A DNA stretch of 39,256 nt from positions 1 to 39,256 of the IMG/VR virus record IMGVR_UViG_3300009678_001044; one strand, 5' to 3'. Origin of the DNA: a virus (taxonomy: Duplodnaviria > Caudoviricetes). The notes beneath the pieces are model-generated. The model did no database searches and was not told the DNA's origin. It saw only the letters and a list, made by a program, of their open reading frames with translations. Shown here in pieces: positions 36,901-39,256 of the stretch. How positions within the stretch are numbered: the first letter of the stretch is position 1; each line of letters opens with the position of its first letter. Position numbers and translations under genes: made by a program.

Positions 36901-37266
36901 CCCGCGAATAAGATCCGCCTCTTGCCAAGGGATGGCTCTCCGGGATGGCTCTATGGCGTGCGGTGGGTCTGGGAGCCTCATCCCGAATCCGCCGCGAATT
37001 GGCAGACCCAATTCACCTCCCTCGGCATGAAGGGCTATGGACACATCCGAGATGGATATGTCCCTCTCGAATCCTTCTCCGAGGTATACCACTGTGTCCG
37101 CACCGATAACGATGCGTATGCGATCGCGATCCCTTCGACCAACGGGGAGTATCGCCGGGTGTACGTTGTGTATCGCGCGATTAAGAGCAAGCGATGGGAG
37201 TTTCAGACAACCTCTCTTCTCCCTGTAGATACCCCCATCCTCTATACCGCAACCTTCGATCAATAG
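33952..37266 (+). CDS. Tail nozzle/DNA-stabilisation-like protein with C-terminal tandem domains
   Basis: 1104 aa beta-rich; G.N...P.D.L...LLNVR, SNPSP, LYWTN..NPD, FLAKDGIY; synteny matches P22 gp10 / T7 gp12 positions. Confidence 0.65.
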   Translation: MPENHQYERHVERMACTGVNVFMPTDALPNGKFSRLLNVRATSGKLAAISARTGYSDLLTGMTGDVHSIRRLNDNIGPNSTFVGDFTYVVGASTFLYRGPTGAMTLVSSSWSGRPLSMCHWRPDASPRAFMYVFDADKQEKVGRTSNTAVAVDVVYPIGIPIPQTAPVIADVGGAGPVGDYRWRYRYRSSQTGEKSNPSPIPVSVFTTTGGVTVTVIASSSIQVDTIDIFRQGEALLDYVKVGEIPNSGSLVFTDLLPDIDLQTAEILEINNDQPFTTVGLPMIGTVTVAADTPEVGLFTITRVSGKLFITDNTTGASPLLIAPGTIINVNDIDFTVYSSPTSDSVMIIRGVYTGPAGPVNYAIQEPVLLAKSLPFVWGPFENCLLACGDIYRPGTLYWTNPNNPDSADSANNQEITSPSEPLMNGFILSGRSFVFSSERLYSIHTAFDDKSQWTILGTPCQKGLYTNWAFCTEGTKQGARCWFLAKDGIYETTGGEARCITDADLYPLFPNEGTEGVAANGYLPPDMTQRTYLRLAYDKGKVYFNYKDISGTPVCLVYDPLVEGWFPDTYHVDNPVFLHYSDEARESLSLLACGTNSVMLSIGAADNGNAIPCQIRNRSLNYNDPGTRKLWGDATYDLDTGDAAVTIQSFFENDTFNGPSEIRSASTGRKQYILDLLGAEARNMGIDFSWSTNVGPPTVYLWIPSAVPKPEDSQKRVVDWHEIIGDDAYVMGIRIWVDTRDEAGVAQTKTVQVWCDQAFTGNTLTIISAGEQKLEFSWPVFKGKLGRLVPTDSNRWRVWKWEWIAEPEPFDVSKWDTNWKDAIEGAKVGYLTGVVIEADTHGVEKSFILESELEGVVSLHTAVGGNVLNHDGRLTRTYSLVITNAIRARQVRFHSADGVIGRMYDVSWIAHASEPNYLTNFDVNYEDAGYLGAKFMQGIVIDADTGGATKQLDVEFEDGQVETFFINHTKRMGRAYSFRFPVPANKIRLLPRDGSPGWLYGVRWVWEPHPESAANWQTQFTSLGMKGYGHIRDGYVPLESFSEVYHCVRTDNDAYAIAIPSTNGEYRRVYVVYRAIKSKRWEFQTTSLLPVDTPILYTATFDQ

Positions 37267-37275
37267 GAGTTCATT

Positions 37276-38280
37276 ATGTCCCGACGAATTACTGAGACCT
37301 TCGACCCTGCTGATTTCCTCATCTTTTCGACGCAGGGGAGTTCACAGATCGCTTCTCCCCCAGTCCCGCTCCTCGACTTCGAGACCGTGATGAACACCTC
37401 TAACGGAGGCACGGCATCGCTCATCGTGTTGAGTGATTTTCCGGGGGAGGTGTATGGGGGGTTCTTCTTCAGACACCAAGGGGCGGCGGGGAATGTGTAC
37501 ACCACGACCACTCTCATTACCTTCAAGATGGATGCGAATCTGTTGGGGACAATAAGAGTGAACACCGCCAATACGAAACTGGAACTCCTGGTGAATGGCG
37601 TGGTGCAAGCGGTGGGCACGCACAACATCCAGCTTAACATCAACTACCATGTCCAGTTCCGATATCTCATTGGGCTCGCTGGGGAGTTCGAAGCTCGTCT
37701 CGATGAGGATCTCGATATCCTCACGTTCAGCGGGGATACACGGGGCGCTGGGACCACTTATGTGAATCGCTTCGAATTTCCCTCTGCGTCCTCCGGGAAC
37801 TATATCGAATCGCTCTACATCAACGATACCGATGGGGCGGAGAACAACGGGTACGATGGAGTTGTGCGCATGAAGTCCTTCGTGCCCACCGCTGATGGGT
37901 TCTGGGCCGATTGGCTGCTCTCTACTGGGGCACAGGGCTTCGCACTCATTGATGAGACTCCGAATGATGGGGACTCAACTTATGTCTATTCGAATGTGAA
38001 TGGAGACAAATCGAGCTTTGTATGCCCCGGACATGGCTTGCTTGCGCCCTCCGAGATCATGGCGGTGTCTGCTCGGTGGGTCGTGCGGAAGGTGAGTAAT
38101 GGCCGCCTGCGCCCCTTCTTCCGAATTAACGGTGTCGATTACCCGATCGCGGCGGCGAGCGTGCCGATTGGGGTTGGGTATGGCGTGGTCCTCGATCGCC
38201 GCACTGCGAATCCCGATACCTCCCTCCCGTGGGAGCTGGGCGATACGATCGATAGCTTCGGGCTGGAATCGGTATTGTAA
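37276..38280 (+). CDS. Tail protein with concanavalin-A-like domain
   Basis: NYHVQFRY...G.FEARLD...FSGDT...IESLYIND..G..NN; AGGAG RBS. Confidence 0.6.
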   Translation: MSRRITETFDPADFLIFSTQGSSQIASPPVPLLDFETVMNTSNGGTASLIVLSDFPGEVYGGFFFRHQGAAGNVYTTTTLITFKMDANLLGTIRVNTANTKLELLVNGVVQAVGTHNIQLNINYHVQFRYLIGLAGEFEARLDEDLDILTFSGDTRGAGTTYVNRFEFPSASSGNYIESLYINDTDGAENNGYDGVVRMKSFVPTADGFWADWLLSTGAQGFALIDETPNDGDSTYVYSNVNGDKSSFVCPGHGLLAPSEIMAVSARWVVRKVSNGRLRPFFRINGVDYPIAAASVPIGVGYGVVLDRRTANPDTSLPWELGDTIDSFGLESVL

Positions 38281-38291
38281 GGATTTCATAA

Positions 38292-39256
38292 ATGGCCGCA
38301 CCGGGCGCTGTCCTCCAAATCTGTGCGATCGTCTCGTATCATCAGGGCTTCGCGAATCCGAACAATACTCCGAATATTGGTGTGTATGCGCTCGTCGATC
38401 CCACTGATGCACTCTCCGCCGGCATCCGGATGCGCGTGGAACGATGCACAGGTGCGTTATGCAGCGGATTTGTGTTCGTCGGGAACTCGACGGGAGTGCA
38501 GTTCGCGTCCTCTCCAGATCCGCAGGCTGAATTCATCAACAGCGGCGTCTACGGAACCATCTATCGCTTTCGCGTGCGGATGGAGAATAACGATGGCAAT
38601 GGTCCGTACAGCGCCGAGATCCAGATCGATACCACAACCAACAATGCCTCTGCATGTGACACGGGGACTATAGCGGATCTAGCGGATGAGACACGCAGTA
38701 CGGGGCTAAGAGAGGTTGTCGAATCGGAACTCACGGAGGTTCATGCAACGGGGCTTCGTGAGGGCGTGGAGTGGGAACTCTCTGAGGATCGCATTACAGG
38801 TCTTCGTGAGATGTTCGAATCCACACTCTCACAGGCTCAGGCAACTGGATTACGCATTGTTATCGAATACCTCGAATCTGCCGCGATCGATCTCCTGGTT
38901 GAGAAATCGAATAACAACGCGACCCCGTTTCCCGGCGACTTCGTAACGTGGACGGTGGTCGTCACAAACACCACAGCGGTTGATGCGACGAACGTGCTGC
39001 TCAGTGATCTCGTCCCGGACTTCGTGTTCTTCAGCTCATATACGGCTTCGCAGGGAACCTACGACCCGGTTGAAGGTGTGTGGAGCGTCGGGGATCTCGA
39101 CGCGGGACTCTCCGCGACGATCGATATCGTGGTACTGGTGGGGCTCATTGGGCCGAACCCCGGCGATGAAGAGGTGTGTAACGTCGCGATCGCCACTGCC
39201 GACCAGCCGGAGGTTGACGACTCGAATAACGTGGATGTGGATTGCATCGTCGTGCA
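38292..39256 (+). CDS. FN3-like + 4x16-aa repeat + DUF11 domain protein (3' end beyond window; absent from ORF track)
   Basis: Open from ATG 38292 to the edge: VERCTGALCSGF...YRFRVRMEN.DG.GPYS; TGLRE repeats; DLLVEKS...PGDFVTWTVVVTN...ATNV.LSDLVP...SQGTYDP..GVWSVGDL.AG.SAT...SNN. Confidence 0.8.
   Translation, partial: MAAPGAVLQICAIVSYHQGFANPNNTPNIGVYALVDPTDALSAGIRMRVERCTGALCSGFVFVGNSTGVQFASSPDPQAEFINSGVYGTIYRFRVRMENNDGNGPYSAEIQIDTTTNNASACDTGTIADLADETRSTGLREVVESELTEVHATGLREGVEWELSEDRITGLREMFESTLSQAQATGLRIVIEYLESAAIDLLVEKSNNNATPFPGDFVTWTVVVTNTTAVDATNVLLSDLVPDFVFFSSYTASQGTYDPVEGVWSVGDLDAGLSATIDIVVLVGLIGPNPGDEEVCNVAIATADQPEVDDSNNVDVDCIVV

Noticed and set aside
1-39256. Prophage boundary, att site, alternative genetic code, or HIP1 (GCGATCGC) enrichment
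   Set aside because: No integrase or host genes seen; long genes read cleanly in the standard code using all three stops; only a few GCGATCGC copies noticed.

Overview
The window is part of a tailed dsDNA phage genome with podovirus-like organisation; no bacterial housekeeping genes, integrase, DNA polymerase, canonical tRNA or CRISPR array are visible. From 1 to ~11.2 kb is a mostly minus-strand early/replication arm: many small hypothetical genes, an SF1 (UvrD-like) helicase, a plus-strand AAA_25/RepA-like helicase followed by an inverted iteron array, a Gp157/Gam-like protein, and a PKD + beta-helix gene running off the left edge that the ORF track misses. A ~0.6 kb non-coding strand switch (11.1-11.7 kb) carries divergent sigma70-type promoters, a 9-bp GATC repeat array and a structured leader with a tRNA-like T-arm. 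From 11.7 kb everything is plus strand: Zn-finger and RHH proteins, a TIGR02594-type endolysin, terminase, portal, scaffold, major capsid, head accessories, adaptors, fibre, a nozzle-like protein, a lectin-like protein and an FN3/repeat/DUF11 gene running off the right edge. The best leads are twin RNA-switch leaders sharing CATYCCGAAGG in front of scaffold and capsid, a signal-peptide-bearing beta-helix/Ig protein inside the head module, the tRNA-like leader, and rearrangement scars in the early region. All family assignments come from motif recognition by eye; no searches or folding programs were run.
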